Below are positions 8,783-18,507 of a stretch of 64,000 nucleotides of DNA, one piece after another. The DNA lies in contig WREI01000001.1 of the NCBI GenBank assembly GCA_009779405.1, positions 15,013-79,012 on the forward strand, in the 5' to 3' direction. The notes under the pieces were generated by a model. It was not told the origin of the DNA. It searched no databases and was given only the letters and a program-made list of their open reading frames with translations. The translations under genes and the position numbers were made by a program. The stretch is from Clostridiales bacterium. GTDB lineage: Bacteria > Bacillota > Clostridia > Christensenellales > CAG-138. Within the stretch, counting starts at the first letter, position 1. Every line of letters starts with the position of its first letter.

Positions 8783-8969
8783 GTTCTTCCTCCACTTATA
8801 ATTTTGGAAAACAGATTGCGTTCTCTGCAACCCATACAAAGTATACCAAGTTTGCGCGGAATGTCAAGGAAGGGCATAGAAAACGTAAAGGAAATCGTGC
8901 AGGCATTTCTGCGAGCTAACGCGAATATATTTTCATGAAACTGTAGCATTCAGCCCAAGGAGGAACGCG

Positions 8970-10436
8970 ATGGAAGTGATAAAAACAATCTTGCCGGCGG
9001 AGAACTATGTGACATATCTGACCGCACAGGCGAGGATAGACAGCCTGATACCCCTGCCGGACACGCGTGCGGTTCGGAAAGTTCTGGCCTGCACGGCACA
9101 GGTGACAAATTTGGAAGCGGCGGCGGCGCAGGGCGCGGTCGATCTGTCCGGGGTACTGGCCTTGCAACTGATTTTGCTGGAGGCGGAGCCCTTTGCCTTT
9201 ACGGCACAGGCGGAGTTTACGCATCGCATCAAGAGCGAAAAAGTGGCGGCGGGCATGCAGGCGTTGGCCCAGGCGCAGGTCTTTGAATGCCGTGCGGAAG
9301 CGGAGGACGGGGTGTTGCGCCTGCACGCGCTGATCGCCTTAGACGCGCATATCACCCAGACGAATCAGGTGAGCGCGGTCACGGAGATTTCGGACGTACA
9401 TGGGATAGAGACGGTGCGCGGGCTTTTCACGCAAAAAAGGCGGACCCTCGTGGGCAGCCAGACCCTGCGCGTGCAGGAGGAGCTGTCCATACCCTCGGGG
9501 ACGAAGCTGTTGCAGGTGAACGGGTCGGCCCTGGTGCGCGAAGCGGTGCCTGCGCATGGCGGCATATTGGTGGAAGGTGTGCTGCATGTGGCCGCGCTAT
9601 TGCAGGATGGGGAGGGGAACCTCCGCAGCCAGCCCATGAACCTTCCCTTCTCCGAAACCATAGCCGGAGACGCGACGGATGCCTGCGAGGCACAGGCGAT
9701 CTTGCAGGATTTGCGCGCAGAGGTGACCAGCGAAGCAGATGGGGCCTTGGAAGTGACAGCAAGCATACCCATCTCCGTGTATGCCGCCGTGCATACGGAG
9801 ATACCCCTGCTCCTGGACGCCTATGATGCCGAACTGAGCTTTGCCTGCGTGCAGGAGGAAACGGAGTCCCTGCAATATAACAACTCCCATACAAAAAAGG
9901 CGGTTGTACGGGAGACGCTGCCCATCCCGTCCGTGCTGCCGGAGAGTTTTTTGCCAGCCTTTGTGCGCGCGGTACCCGCCATCACGGGCATCGCGCCGAG
10001 CGACGAGGGCGCGGAGGTAGACGGAGTGCTCTTGACCACACTCTGCTATCGCGCGGAGGACGGGGGGCTATACAGCTTTTCGGAGGATATCCCCTTCTGC
10101 GTAAAGATAGATCAGGCGGAGGGCAGGGCGCTCACGGCGCAGGCGGTGGTCTGTGCGGCCACGGTCACGGGCGGCGGGCGTTCGTTGGATGTGCAAATCA
10201 CCATGCAACTGAGTTGCGACTGTTATCACAGCAGCATTCAGAGATATACGTCCATGCTGGAAGGGAACGAGAATGCGCAGTCGCGCAACGGCATCTTCAT
10301 CTATCTGAGCGACCAGAACGAGACCCTCTTCTCGGTCGGAAAGCGCTTCGGCATTCCGGTCGCCTCCGTGATGGCCCTCAATCCGAATCTCAAAGAGCCC
10401 ATGAGCGAGGGCCAGCAGATCGTATTGGTGAAGTAA
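8970..10436 (+). CDS. DUF3794-like + C-terminal LysM protein (SipL/SpoVID-like spore-coat morphogenetic candidate)
   Basis: RBS AAGGAGGAA. C-terminal LysM (IYLSDQNETLFSVGKRFGIPVASVMALNPNL). The repetitive N-terminal beta-rich region resembles DUF3794 of SpoVID/SipL. Confidence 0.5.
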   Translation: MEVIKTILPAENYVTYLTAQARIDSLIPLPDTRAVRKVLACTAQVTNLEAAAAQGAVDLSGVLALQLILLEAEPFAFTAQAEFTHRIKSEKVAAGMQALAQAQVFECRAEAEDGVLRLHALIALDAHITQTNQVSAVTEISDVHGIETVRGLFTQKRRTLVGSQTLRVQEELSIPSGTKLLQVNGSALVREAVPAHGGILVEGVLHVAALLQDGEGNLRSQPMNLPFSETIAGDATDACEAQAILQDLRAEVTSEADGALEVTASIPISVYAAVHTEIPLLLDAYDAELSFACVQEETESLQYNNSHTKKAVVRETLPIPSVLPESFLPAFVRAVPAITGIAPSDEGAEVDGVLLTTLCYRAEDGGLYSFSEDIPFCVKIDQAEGRALTAQAVVCAATVTGGGRSLDVQITMQLSCDCYHSSIQRYTSMLEGNENAQSRNGIFIYLSDQNETLFSVGKRFGIPVASVMALNPNLKEPMSEGQQIVLVK

Positions 10437-10641
10437 TGTTTACAAACTGTTCTCACAAACAACGAATATAATTTGCAAAAAGGCAATAAAGGCCGTGTTC
10501 CCAAGGGGCGCGGTTCTTTTTTCATTGTGAACAAATGCTGAATAAAAAGGTAATAATCGAAAAATTTACACCGAAAACGAAAACACGTAGCGTCGCTTAT
10601 GATATAAGAAAGGGTAGAGAAAATTATTTTTCCGTTATGAA

Positions 10642-11748
10642 TTGGCGCAAGCCATGAATGATAAAACCACGAGGGGAACGCGCATGGAGAAGATACAATC
10701 CGGGCGGGAGATCAACGCCTATATATCGGACCTCAAATTCCGCAGTCAGCTGTTTGGCGCGAGACGTGCCGACGTGCGCGTCTGCTTGGAGGAGGTCTCC
10801 GCCATGTATGAGGAGTTGTCGGACAGCACACGAAAAGAGCGGGACGCGGCGCATGCGCAGTTGCAGGAACAAGTGCGCGAGCTTTTGGCAGAGAACGAGC
10901 GGCTGACGCAAAACATGGTCGAGAAGGAACAGCAAAACGCGGCGCTGACAGAGGAGCGAACCCTCTCCGCGGCGGCTTTGGCCAGGGGTGAAGAGAAGCG
11001 GCTTGTGTGGGATAAAAAGATTACGGAATTGGAAATGCAGCGAAAAATATATGCCGAGAAAGCGGAAGACCTGGTTCTCTTGCTGACGGAACAGAAAAAG
11101 GCAACGAAAGCGGCGCAGGACGAGGCCCGCCGCGAGGCGAGCGGGATCGTCGCCCGTGCAAAGCGGGAAGCGGACGCAATCGTCAACACGGCACAGGAGA
11201 AGGTGCGGCGGCATACGGAGAAGGAAGAGCAGGCCATGCAATCCATCACGGACAAGGGCAGGGAGCTGCAAGGGCTGTTGCGGGGGCTGCGGGAGCAGGT
11301 GGGCGCCTTGGCAAAGGAGATAGACGAGCTGCAGGCGCGCGCCGGAGAGCTGAAAATGCTGCGCGCCCTGCGGGAGCAGGTCGAGGAATTGGCGCAGGAG
11401 CTGGACTCCATGCAGCAGCGTTCGGAGTCGGCCACGGACAGGGAGGGCTATGCGCCGCCGCTGCCGCAGGCGCCGACCGGAGAAAGGGCGGAAGAGAAAA
11501 AAGAGGACAAGCCCGCCGCGATACAGGCGGAGCGCCCGGTGTACGACGCGACCCGGCAGACGCGCATGCAGGAGATCGAGCGGCAGCGGGCAAGCTTGCA
11601 GGCTCTGCGGGAACAGCAGGAGCAGGATGAGCAGCGTTTGCTGGAACTGCACGCGGAACAGCAGGAGACGGACCACAACGCCCGCGCGGCGGAACTTTCC
11701 GCGCAATTGGCGCAGGCGACGGAACTGTTGCGCAAGCATTTGAATTAA
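10642..11748 (+). CDS. Coiled-coil protein with DivIVA-like N-terminus
   Basis: N-terminus DLKFRSQLFGARRADVRVCLEEV resembles the DivIVA motif. The rest is E/Q/A/R-rich heptad-like sequence. The start could be ATG 10684. Confidence 0.5.
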   Translation: MAQAMNDKTTRGTRMEKIQSGREINAYISDLKFRSQLFGARRADVRVCLEEVSAMYEELSDSTRKERDAAHAQLQEQVRELLAENERLTQNMVEKEQQNAALTEERTLSAAALARGEEKRLVWDKKITELEMQRKIYAEKAEDLVLLLTEQKKATKAAQDEARREASGIVARAKREADAIVNTAQEKVRRHTEKEEQAMQSITDKGRELQGLLRGLREQVGALAKEIDELQARAGELKMLRALREQVEELAQELDSMQQRSESATDREGYAPPLPQAPTGERAEEKKEDKPAAIQAERPVYDATRQTRMQEIERQRASLQALREQQEQDEQRLLELHAEQQETDHNARAAELSAQLAQATELLRKHLN

Positions 11749-11760
11749 TACAGGTGAACC

Positions 11761-12387
11761 ATGAAAAAAGCATTTTCGATACTTGTAGATATTTTGACTT
11801 CCATCGTATTGATTGTCGCGTTGGCGATGGTCATACCCTGGCTCTTTGGCGTGCAGCCGAAGGTGGTGCTGACGGGCAGCATGGAACCGAACCTGCCTGT
11901 GGGAAGTCTGGTGTATGTCGTTCCCGTCTCGGCGGAGGAAGATCTCGCGGTGGGAGACATCATTACCTATCCGGGCGTGGAAGGCGGAAAAGATGTAACG
12001 CACCGCGTGAATCGGATTGAAACGGAAGAAGGCATCAAAAAATTTTATACCAAGGGCGACGCAAACGAAGACGAAGACGGGCCTCCGCAGTTGTTCGGCA
12101 ACATACTCGGAACCGTGGAAGTCTTTGTTCCCATCATCGGCTATGCGCTGGCGTTGCTTCTCACCACGAGCGGGAAAGTCATCGCGGCCACGATTTGCGT
12201 GATCCTGGTTATCCTCTTCTTCCTGCTGGGCGGGGATCCGAAGGAGAAGGGAGAAAAGAAAGAGAAAAAAGAACTGTGGATCGAGCTGCCGGGCGAAGAG
12301 CAGGCGCAGGTGAACGCGGAACCCGTAAAAGAGACCCGCTGGCCTTTGCCGCAGGTGCGCGCACAGGCGGAGAACAAGCGGAAGTAA
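11761..12387 (+). CDS. sipW: SipW-type (S26B, ER/archaeal-type) signal peptidase
   Basis: LTGSMEPNLPVGSLVYV, VTHRVNRI and TKGDANEDEDG motifs. C-terminal TM segment plus a Lys/Glu-rich tail. Confidence 0.8.
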   Translation: MKKAFSILVDILTSIVLIVALAMVIPWLFGVQPKVVLTGSMEPNLPVGSLVYVVPVSAEEDLAVGDIITYPGVEGGKDVTHRVNRIETEEGIKKFYTKGDANEDEDGPPQLFGNILGTVEVFVPIIGYALALLLTTSGKVIAATICVILVILFFLLGGDPKEKGEKKEKKELWIELPGEEQAQVNAEPVKETRWPLPQVRAQAENKRK

Positions 12388-12394
12388 AAAGAAT

Positions 12395-13056
12395 ATGCAG
12401 CAGAAGCAGCGCAGAAAAATCATATTTCGGCTCTTGATCGCGTCGCTGATGCTCTTTCTTGCCGCACTGGTTATTTTCGGGATATTCACGCTGAATAAAC
12501 ATGCGGATGTACCCTTTATCGGCGCCGATCGGAGTCTGCGCGCACAGCTTACAGAACCGGGCCGGGTCAGTAAAGACATGGTGGGCGTCGTACCCGGCGC
12601 GTTTGTCCCGCGGGACCCGCGGGTCGAGAATCGGAGCGGCAAGGTCGTCTATATCGCCCTGCGCGTGGAGATTTTGACGGGAACGGGCGAAAGGCTATAG
12701 AGGAGCAGGCGGAGGGGAAGGTCTGGCGTTTGGTGATTCCGAGTGAGCGGGACGAGACCTCACAGGTTTGGATCTATTGCGGCGGTGGGGAGGAGTCCAG
12801 GCTCGTGGCGGCGGGCGAGAGCACAGTCCCCCTGTTCAGCGTTCTGCGCTTTGCGGAGAGCATAGACGCCGCACAGCAGAACTGGATGGACGGATTGGCG
12901 GATTTGCTGGTCAATAACGCGGACGGGACTGACAGGCGCGTCCCCACGCTGAAAAAAGGGTTTCAAATCCGCTATACGGGCGCACTGCTCTCGGCGGATG
13001 GCGCGGAGAATGACGATGTCTTCGCGGAATTATACGGAATGCCGATCGCACCGTAA
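12395..13056 (+). pseudogene. TasA/camelysin-like SipW-dependent secreted protein, split by a frameshift near 12680-12700
   Basis: ORF 12395..12700 has the signal peptide plus VVPGAFVPRDPRVENRSGKVVYIALRVEI. The next frame is open from about 12661 and continues KAIEEQAEGKVWRLVIPSERDETSQVWIYCGG...GESTVPLFSVLRF (ORF 12730..13056). The two parts together make one family-typical protein. Confidence 0.5.
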
Positions 13057-13084
13057 CAGATAGAGAATATCGGGAGGGAGTACT

Positions 13085-13900
13085 ATGCGGCGCAGATTGA
13101 TACGCTGGCTCAAAACGGGGGGCATCGTGCTGTGCATCCTGCTGATTGCGTTCTGCGCATACCACCTGACACGCGAGCTGAGCGAGTATGCCGAGACGGA
13201 TGCCGTCTACAGGGCGGTGGAAGAGAGCGTAATCTCCACGCAAACGGGCAGGCAGGACAGTTATAAACCGCCCAAGCCCCCCATACAAGAAGAGGGGGGT
13301 GTTATCGTCGAGCCGACCGAGCCACCCGAACAGCTCGTGGAGATCCCCGAGGTGGACTTTGATGCGCTGCAGGAGATCAATATACAGGGCATAGGCTGGA
13401 TCTACCAGCCGGGAACCATCATCAATTATCCGATTGCGCAGGCGACGGACAACTCCTATTATCTGCGGCACAATATCAACGGTCGTGAGAGCGGGGCAGG
13501 TGCCATCTTCTTAGATTACCGCAACGCGGAGGATTTTTCCGACCGCGTATCCGTGCTGTACGGACACCATATGCAGCGCGGGACGATGTTCGCCAGCATC
13601 GATAAATACAGGAAACAGGACTATTACGACAAACACCCCATCGCATACCTGATCGCGCCAACGGGCTGCTGGCGCATCGAATTCTTCGCAGGGTCCGTAC
13701 ATACGGCGGAGGAAGTCCCCTTGGAATTTGAAGATGAAGCCGCCTATATGCAGCACATAGCAGAACTGATCGCCGACTCCACCTTTATAAGCTATGTCCC
13801 CGTAACGGAAAAAAACAGGATAATCGCCCTGTCCACCTGCGCCTACGATTTCCGCAACGCACGCTTTATTTTGTATGGTGTATTGAAGAGGGTTTGGTAA
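13085..13900 (+). CDS. srtB: Class B sortase
   Basis: N-terminal TM segment, YGHHMQRGTMFASI, catalytic LSTCAY and a downstream R. Confidence 0.85.
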   Translation: MRRRLIRWLKTGGIVLCILLIAFCAYHLTRELSEYAETDAVYRAVEESVISTQTGRQDSYKPPKPPIQEEGGVIVEPTEPPEQLVEIPEVDFDALQEINIQGIGWIYQPGTIINYPIAQATDNSYYLRHNINGRESGAGAIFLDYRNAEDFSDRVSVLYGHHMQRGTMFASIDKYRKQDYYDKHPIAYLIAPTGCWRIEFFAGSVHTAEEVPLEFEDEAAYMQHIAELIADSTFISYVPVTEKNRIIALSTCAYDFRNARFILYGVLKRVW

Positions 13901-14423
13901 TATCAATCCAATACCGCTGTATCAATTTTCCGTCCGGTGCGGGGAGTTCGTTGCAGAAGATGCCGCCGTTTTTCAGTATCGTGGCGCGGGAAATCTCGTT
14001 GTCGTGGTTGCAGACGACCAGCACGTTTTCTATGCTAAGTCTTTTGCAATCCTGCAAAGCCAGGGCCAGCATTTGTGTCGCATATCCCTTGCGGCGCTCG
14101 GTGGGGCGCACGCCGTAGCCGATGTGTCCGCCCCAGTTATAGAGAAAATCGTTCAACCTGTGGCGGATATCGATGATGCCGACGATGGCGTTGTCTGACT
14201 TTCGGCAGGCGAAATAGGTGGTGGAGGGAATTCTGCCGTCTTGTACCGTGTCTTCGTGCAGATTGTTGCGCAGGGTTTGCAGCCATTCGGCATAACTGGC
14301 CGCGGCGGTGATGCCCGCGCCGCCGTTGATGTAGGCTTCGCCGTTATGCAGAATCTCCGCTACAAAGGCGGTCGCCGCCGCTTCCATCTCCTCTGTGGGG
14401 AATACCAGCTCGATCTCGCTCAT
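13866..14423 (-). CDS. GNAT-family N-acetyltransferase
   Basis: GHIGYGVRPTERRKGYATQMLALAL acetyl-CoA binding motif. 4-nt overlap with the end of mfd. Confidence 0.8.
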   Translation of the reverse strand: MSEIELVFPTEEMEAAATAFVAEILHNGEAYINGGAGITAAASYAEWLQTLRNNLHEDTVQDGRIPSTTYFACRKSDNAIVGIIDIRHRLNDFLYNWGGHIGYGVRPTERRKGYATQMLALALQDCKRLSIENVLVVCNHDNEISRATILKNGGIFCNELPAPDGKLIQRYWIDITKPSSIHHTK

Positions 14424-17400
14424 GGCAGGCCTCCGTTCGCGTCCGCCAGTGCGGGCAGGATGTCCAATAGCAGGTCTAAGGCTTCCTCATCCCGCTTCAC
14501 GCCAATTTCAATTCTCGGGCTTTCGCCCGCGAGCAGTTTCATGCGCGGACAGCTTTGCATGGCAAAGAGGAGTTTGATGCCGTCGGGGCGGGCGCTGTTG
14601 CTATATTGCAAACTCAACATGGTGCCTTTTTGCACCACCATGGAGAGACCCGCCTGTTTGGCCAGTGCGCGAATGAGGGCCTGTTTCAGCAGCGCAAGCG
14701 CGGGGGCGGGCAAGTCGCCATAACGGTCTTCGTATTCATCCAACAGATCATCATAATCGGCGCGGGACGCAATGCGCGCCACGCGGCGATACATCGCAAG
14801 ACGCAACAATTCGTTCGGGAAGGCTTCGCGGGGGAGATAGGCCTCGCCGGGGAGAGTCAGTTGCGTCTCCGTTTCCATGGGCGCGGCTTCGCCCTTGGCG
14901 CTGGCAACCGCTTCGTGCATCAGTTTCATATAATATTCATAGCCTATGTCCGCGATATGCCCGTGCTGTTCCGCGCCCAGGAGGTTGCCTGCACCGCGTA
15001 TTTCCAGATCGCGCATCGCAAGGCGCAGGCCGGAACCGAACTGCGTGAACTCGCGGATGGCCAGCAGGCGCTTTTGGGCGTCCTCCGTCACCGCGCGGCT
15101 CTCGGGAACCGTGAAATAGGCATAGGCACTGCGGCTGCTCCGCCCCACGCGCCCGCGCAATTGATACAACTGTGCCAGACCCAAACGGTGCGCGTCGAGC
15201 ACAAAGAGCGTATTGGCGTTGCTGATATCCAGTCCGCTCTCGATGATCGTGCTGCAGAGGAGTATATCGTACGCACCCTCCAGAAAGTCGACCATCACCT
15301 CTTCCAGCAGCTCCGGCGGCATCTGCCCGTGGGCGATGGCGATACGCGCATTCGGCAAAAGCTGCTGCATATGCGCCTTTGTGATATCCATCAAATGTAC
15401 GCGGTTGCTGACCGCAAAAGCCTGCCCGCCGCGCCCCAGTTCACGCTGCATGGCTGTGACTAAGAGCGCGTCGGTATATTCGGTGACAAAGGTCTGCACG
15501 GGGCGGCGGTTTTCGGGCGGGGTATCCATATTGGAAATATCGCGTATGCCCGAGAGCGAGAGGTTCAGGGTGCGCGGGATGGGTGTGGCGGTGAGCGTGA
15601 GCACGTCGACGGTCTCCCGCAGCTCTTTCAGTTTCTCTTTATGATTGACGCCGAAGCGGTGCTCTTCGTCTATGACGATGAGCCCCAATTCCTTATATTT
15701 CATCTCCTTGGACAGAAGCGCATGGGTTCCGATGATGAGATCCACCTCGCCGCTCTCCAATTGCTGCTTGATTAACTTCTGCTTTGCCGACGCGACGAGG
15801 CGCGAAAGCTGCTCCACGCGCACGGGATAGGGCGCGAAGCGGGCCGCGAAGGTGCCATAGTGTTGGCGTGCCAACACAGTGGTGGGCACCAGCACAGCCA
15901 CCTGCTTGCCGTCCTGTATCGCCTTGAACGCGGCGCGCAGGGCGACCTCGGTCTTCCCATAGCCCACGTCCCCGCAGAGCAGGCGATCCATGGGGCGCGA
16001 GGCCTCCATATCTTTTTTTACGTCCTGCACGGCGGTCAATTGGTCGGGCGTCTCGGTATAGGGGAAGCTTTCCTCCAATTTTGCCTGCCATTCTGTGTCG
16101 GGCGCGAAGGCATGGCCGCCGCGGGAAGCGCGCGCCGCATAGATGGCCGCCAAGTCCACGGCTAATTTTTTGGCGGCTTCGCGGGCCTTTTTGACGCGGC
16201 TCTGCCACTCATTGCCGCCCAAGCGCGAGAGGGAGGGCTCAAAATCTTCGCCGCCGCCTATATATTTCTGAATCCGGTCCAACTGTTCCACAGGGATATA
16301 GAGCCGGTCCGTGCCGCGATAGGCCAGATGCAGATAGTCCCGCGTCGTCTTGCCGCCGTCGGGGTCGGGCGTCGTCACTTGCTCCACGCCCACGAATCGG
16401 CCTATGCCATGTGACTCGTGCACGACGATATCGCCGGGCGTCAGATCGGACAGTTCGGTCAGGCCCTCGCGGCGCTTCTGCTCCTTGCCGCGCCGCACCG
16501 TCTTTTGAAACAGCTCCGCCTGTGACCAGACATAGAGCTTTGCCTGCGGGAAGCAGAAGCCGCGGAGCAGCGTTTCGCCCAACAACAGTATTTCGCCGCG
16601 CACGGGTGGGCGAGTGAGGGCATCTGCCTGCGCGAAGGGGATTTCATAATTCTGCAATTGCTCCGCCACGCGGGTTAGCGCATCCCCGCAGAAGAGGAGC
16701 ACGGCGTCCTTGTTCTGCTTGCGCGCCAACAGCTCGCGGGCCAGCGCGGGGATATCGTCCACATAAATGCCGGGGCTCTGCGCGTCAAACTGCGCCTGGC
16801 TGTGATGCTGCAAGAGGGCGCCCGTGCGGAAGAGCGGATAGAGCGCGGCGGCACGGGGGGCGCGCATCTGGTGGAGGAGCGCGTTGGGGTCACGGATCAG
16901 CTGCGCCTGCGCGGGATGGCCCTCGCTCCTGTCTAACATGGCCGCGACCGTTTCGGCATGGAGCGTGAACGCGGTCTTCGCTTCATCCAGCACGCGCTGG
17001 GGCTCGGCATAGAGAACCTGCGCGGATTCGGGCAGGTAGGCCGCGAGGGTCTCGGTCTGGGGATAGAGCAGCGGCAACAGAATCTCCGCGCCGGGCGCGC
17101 AGAGCCCCGCTTCCCAGGCCTCCCGCTGGGCGGCAAAGCCTTGCGCGTTGCCCAAGCTTTTTAGGGCTTTGCGCGTAAGCTCCGGCGTCTGCGGAATCTC
17201 GGCGGCGGGGGTGAACACGGCGGAAGCCACCTGCTCGGTCGCCCGTTGGGTCAGGGGATCAAAGCGGCGGATTTGATCCACCTCATCGCCGAAAAACTCG
17301 ATGCGAACCGGGCTCTCGTCCTGCATGGGGAAGACGTCCAACAGATCGCCGCGCCGCGCGTATTGGCCGGGGCTCTCCGCCAAGTCCTCTCGCACATAGC

Positions 17401-17872
17401 CCGCGAGTGATAGTTTTTGCGCCAGCGCCTGCGGTGCAATCTCCTGCCCGCGCGTGATCGAACACTGCGCGGCGCGCAGGGCGGCGGCGGGCGGCAGCGC
17501 TTCACAGAGCGCGGCGGCACAGGTGACTATCAGCGTCGGCAGGCCCAAAAGCAGACGAGAGAGCGCCAGCAGTCTGCCCGCGCCGCGCTCGGGCGAAACG
17601 GCGCGCACATGCGTGAGCGGCAGGTCGCGCGGGAGATAGAGCAACGCATCCGGCGCAAAGGTCATCAGCTCCGCGTGAAAATGCTGTGCCTCCTGCTCGG
17701 TCGCGGTGACATACAAAACCGTTTCTTTATACAATGCCGCCACAACGGGTGGTCGCGCCATTTCGGGTAGCGAAAATACCGCGACGGGCCCTCGCTGCTT
17801 TTGCAGGTTTTCCCGCAGGGCGGAAAGGGCCGCATCGTTATATATATACTGTAAGAGAAAGCCCGCGCTCAC
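14420..17872 (-). CDS. mfd: Transcription-repair coupling factor
   Basis: 1150 aa. CarD-like segment GDIVVHESHGIGRF, helicase motifs LLCGDVGYGKTEVA and DEEHRFGV, TRG region. Confidence 0.95.
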   Translation of the reverse strand: MSAGFLLQYIYNDAALSALRENLQKQRGPVAVFSLPEMARPPVVAALYKETVLYVTATEQEAQHFHAELMTFAPDALLYLPRDLPLTHVRAVSPERGAGRLLALSRLLLGLPTLIVTCAAALCEALPPAAALRAAQCSITRGQEIAPQALAQKLSLAGYVREDLAESPGQYARRGDLLDVFPMQDESPVRIEFFGDEVDQIRRFDPLTQRATEQVASAVFTPAAEIPQTPELTRKALKSLGNAQGFAAQREAWEAGLCAPGAEILLPLLYPQTETLAAYLPESAQVLYAEPQRVLDEAKTAFTLHAETVAAMLDRSEGHPAQAQLIRDPNALLHQMRAPRAAALYPLFRTGALLQHHSQAQFDAQSPGIYVDDIPALARELLARKQNKDAVLLFCGDALTRVAEQLQNYEIPFAQADALTRPPVRGEILLLGETLLRGFCFPQAKLYVWSQAELFQKTVRRGKEQKRREGLTELSDLTPGDIVVHESHGIGRFVGVEQVTTPDPDGGKTTRDYLHLAYRGTDRLYIPVEQLDRIQKYIGGGEDFEPSLSRLGGNEWQSRVKKAREAAKKLAVDLAAIYAARASRGGHAFAPDTEWQAKLEESFPYTETPDQLTAVQDVKKDMEASRPMDRLLCGDVGYGKTEVALRAAFKAIQDGKQVAVLVPTTVLARQHYGTFAARFAPYPVRVEQLSRLVASAKQKLIKQQLESGEVDLIIGTHALLSKEMKYKELGLIVIDEEHRFGVNHKEKLKELRETVDVLTLTATPIPRTLNLSLSGIRDISNMDTPPENRRPVQTFVTEYTDALLVTAMQRELGRGGQAFAVSNRVHLMDITKAHMQQLLPNARIAIAHGQMPPELLEEVMVDFLEGAYDILLCSTIIESGLDISNANTLFVLDAHRLGLAQLYQLRGRVGRSSRSAYAYFTVPESRAVTEDAQKRLLAIREFTQFGSGLRLAMRDLEIRGAGNLLGAEQHGHIADIGYEYYMKLMHEAVASAKGEAAPMETETQLTLPGEAYLPREAFPNELLRLAMYRRVARIASRADYDDLLDEYEDRYGDLPAPALALLKQALIRALAKQAGLSMVVQKGTMLSLQYSNSARPDGIKLLFAMQSCPRMKLLAGESPRIEIGVKRDEEALDLLLDILPALADANGGLP

Positions 17873-18426
17873 CGTTGGTACAGCTCCTGCGCTTTGTGAA
17901 GTTCCCCGCGCACAATCAGTGCGGCGGCGGCCGCCGCCGCTTGAAAGGCTTCTGTCAGCAGGGCCTGTTCATCCTTGCCGGGGCGTTTCAGCACATAGTC
18001 GGCCAACACCAGCTCCTTATCCTGCCCCACGCCGATACGCAGGCGCGGGAAATCGCCGCCGCCCAAGCAAGCGATAATATGCCGCATGCCGTTGTGCGTG
18101 CCCGCGGAGCCCCGTTCGCGGATGCGCAAGGTACCGACGGGGAGATCAACGTCGTCATAGAGCACGATCAGGTTCTGCGTCGGCAGGTTGTAGTACCGCA
18201 ACGCGGCGCCGATGGCGTCGCCCGAGCGGTTCATATAGGTCTGCGGCTTTAGAAGCAGCACGCGCTCGCCGTTGATCGTCCCTTCGCCGCAAAGCGCGGA
18301 GAATTTCTTTTGTTTCACGCTGATTTTATGGGCCTCCGCAAGACAATCCAGAGCCTGAAAACCGGAATTGTGCCGCGTCTTTTTGTAGGACAGGCCCGGA
18401 TTGCCGAGTCCGGCGATGATGTGCAT
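17869..18426 (-). CDS. pth: Peptidyl-tRNA hydrolase
   Basis: Start set at MHIIAGLGNPG (ATG 18426) behind AAGGAGACA. HNSGF and GTHNGMRH motifs. 4-nt overlap with mfd. Confidence 0.9.
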   Translation of the reverse strand: MHIIAGLGNPGLSYKKTRHNSGFQALDCLAEAHKISVKQKKFSALCGEGTINGERVLLLKPQTYMNRSGDAIGAALRYYNLPTQNLIVLYDDVDLPVGTLRIRERGSAGTHNGMRHIIACLGGGDFPRLRIGVGQDKELVLADYVLKRPGKDEQALLTEAFQAAAAAAALIVRGELHKAQELYQR

Positions 18427-18507
18427 GGTGATTGTCTCCTTTTTGCTGCTTGTCTTGATGACGGTGTCGGGGTCGAACGGGCGCAACGTCTCCTGCGGAG
18501 CCGTTTA

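Noticed and set aside
10624-12642. 672-aa minus-strand ORF, the longest in this region.
   Set aside because: It is antisense to three well-supported plus-strand genes (coiled-coil, sipW, TasA-like). Its composition is low-complexity R/L/Q-rich with no motifs. This is a typical shadow ORF in high-GC coding DNA.
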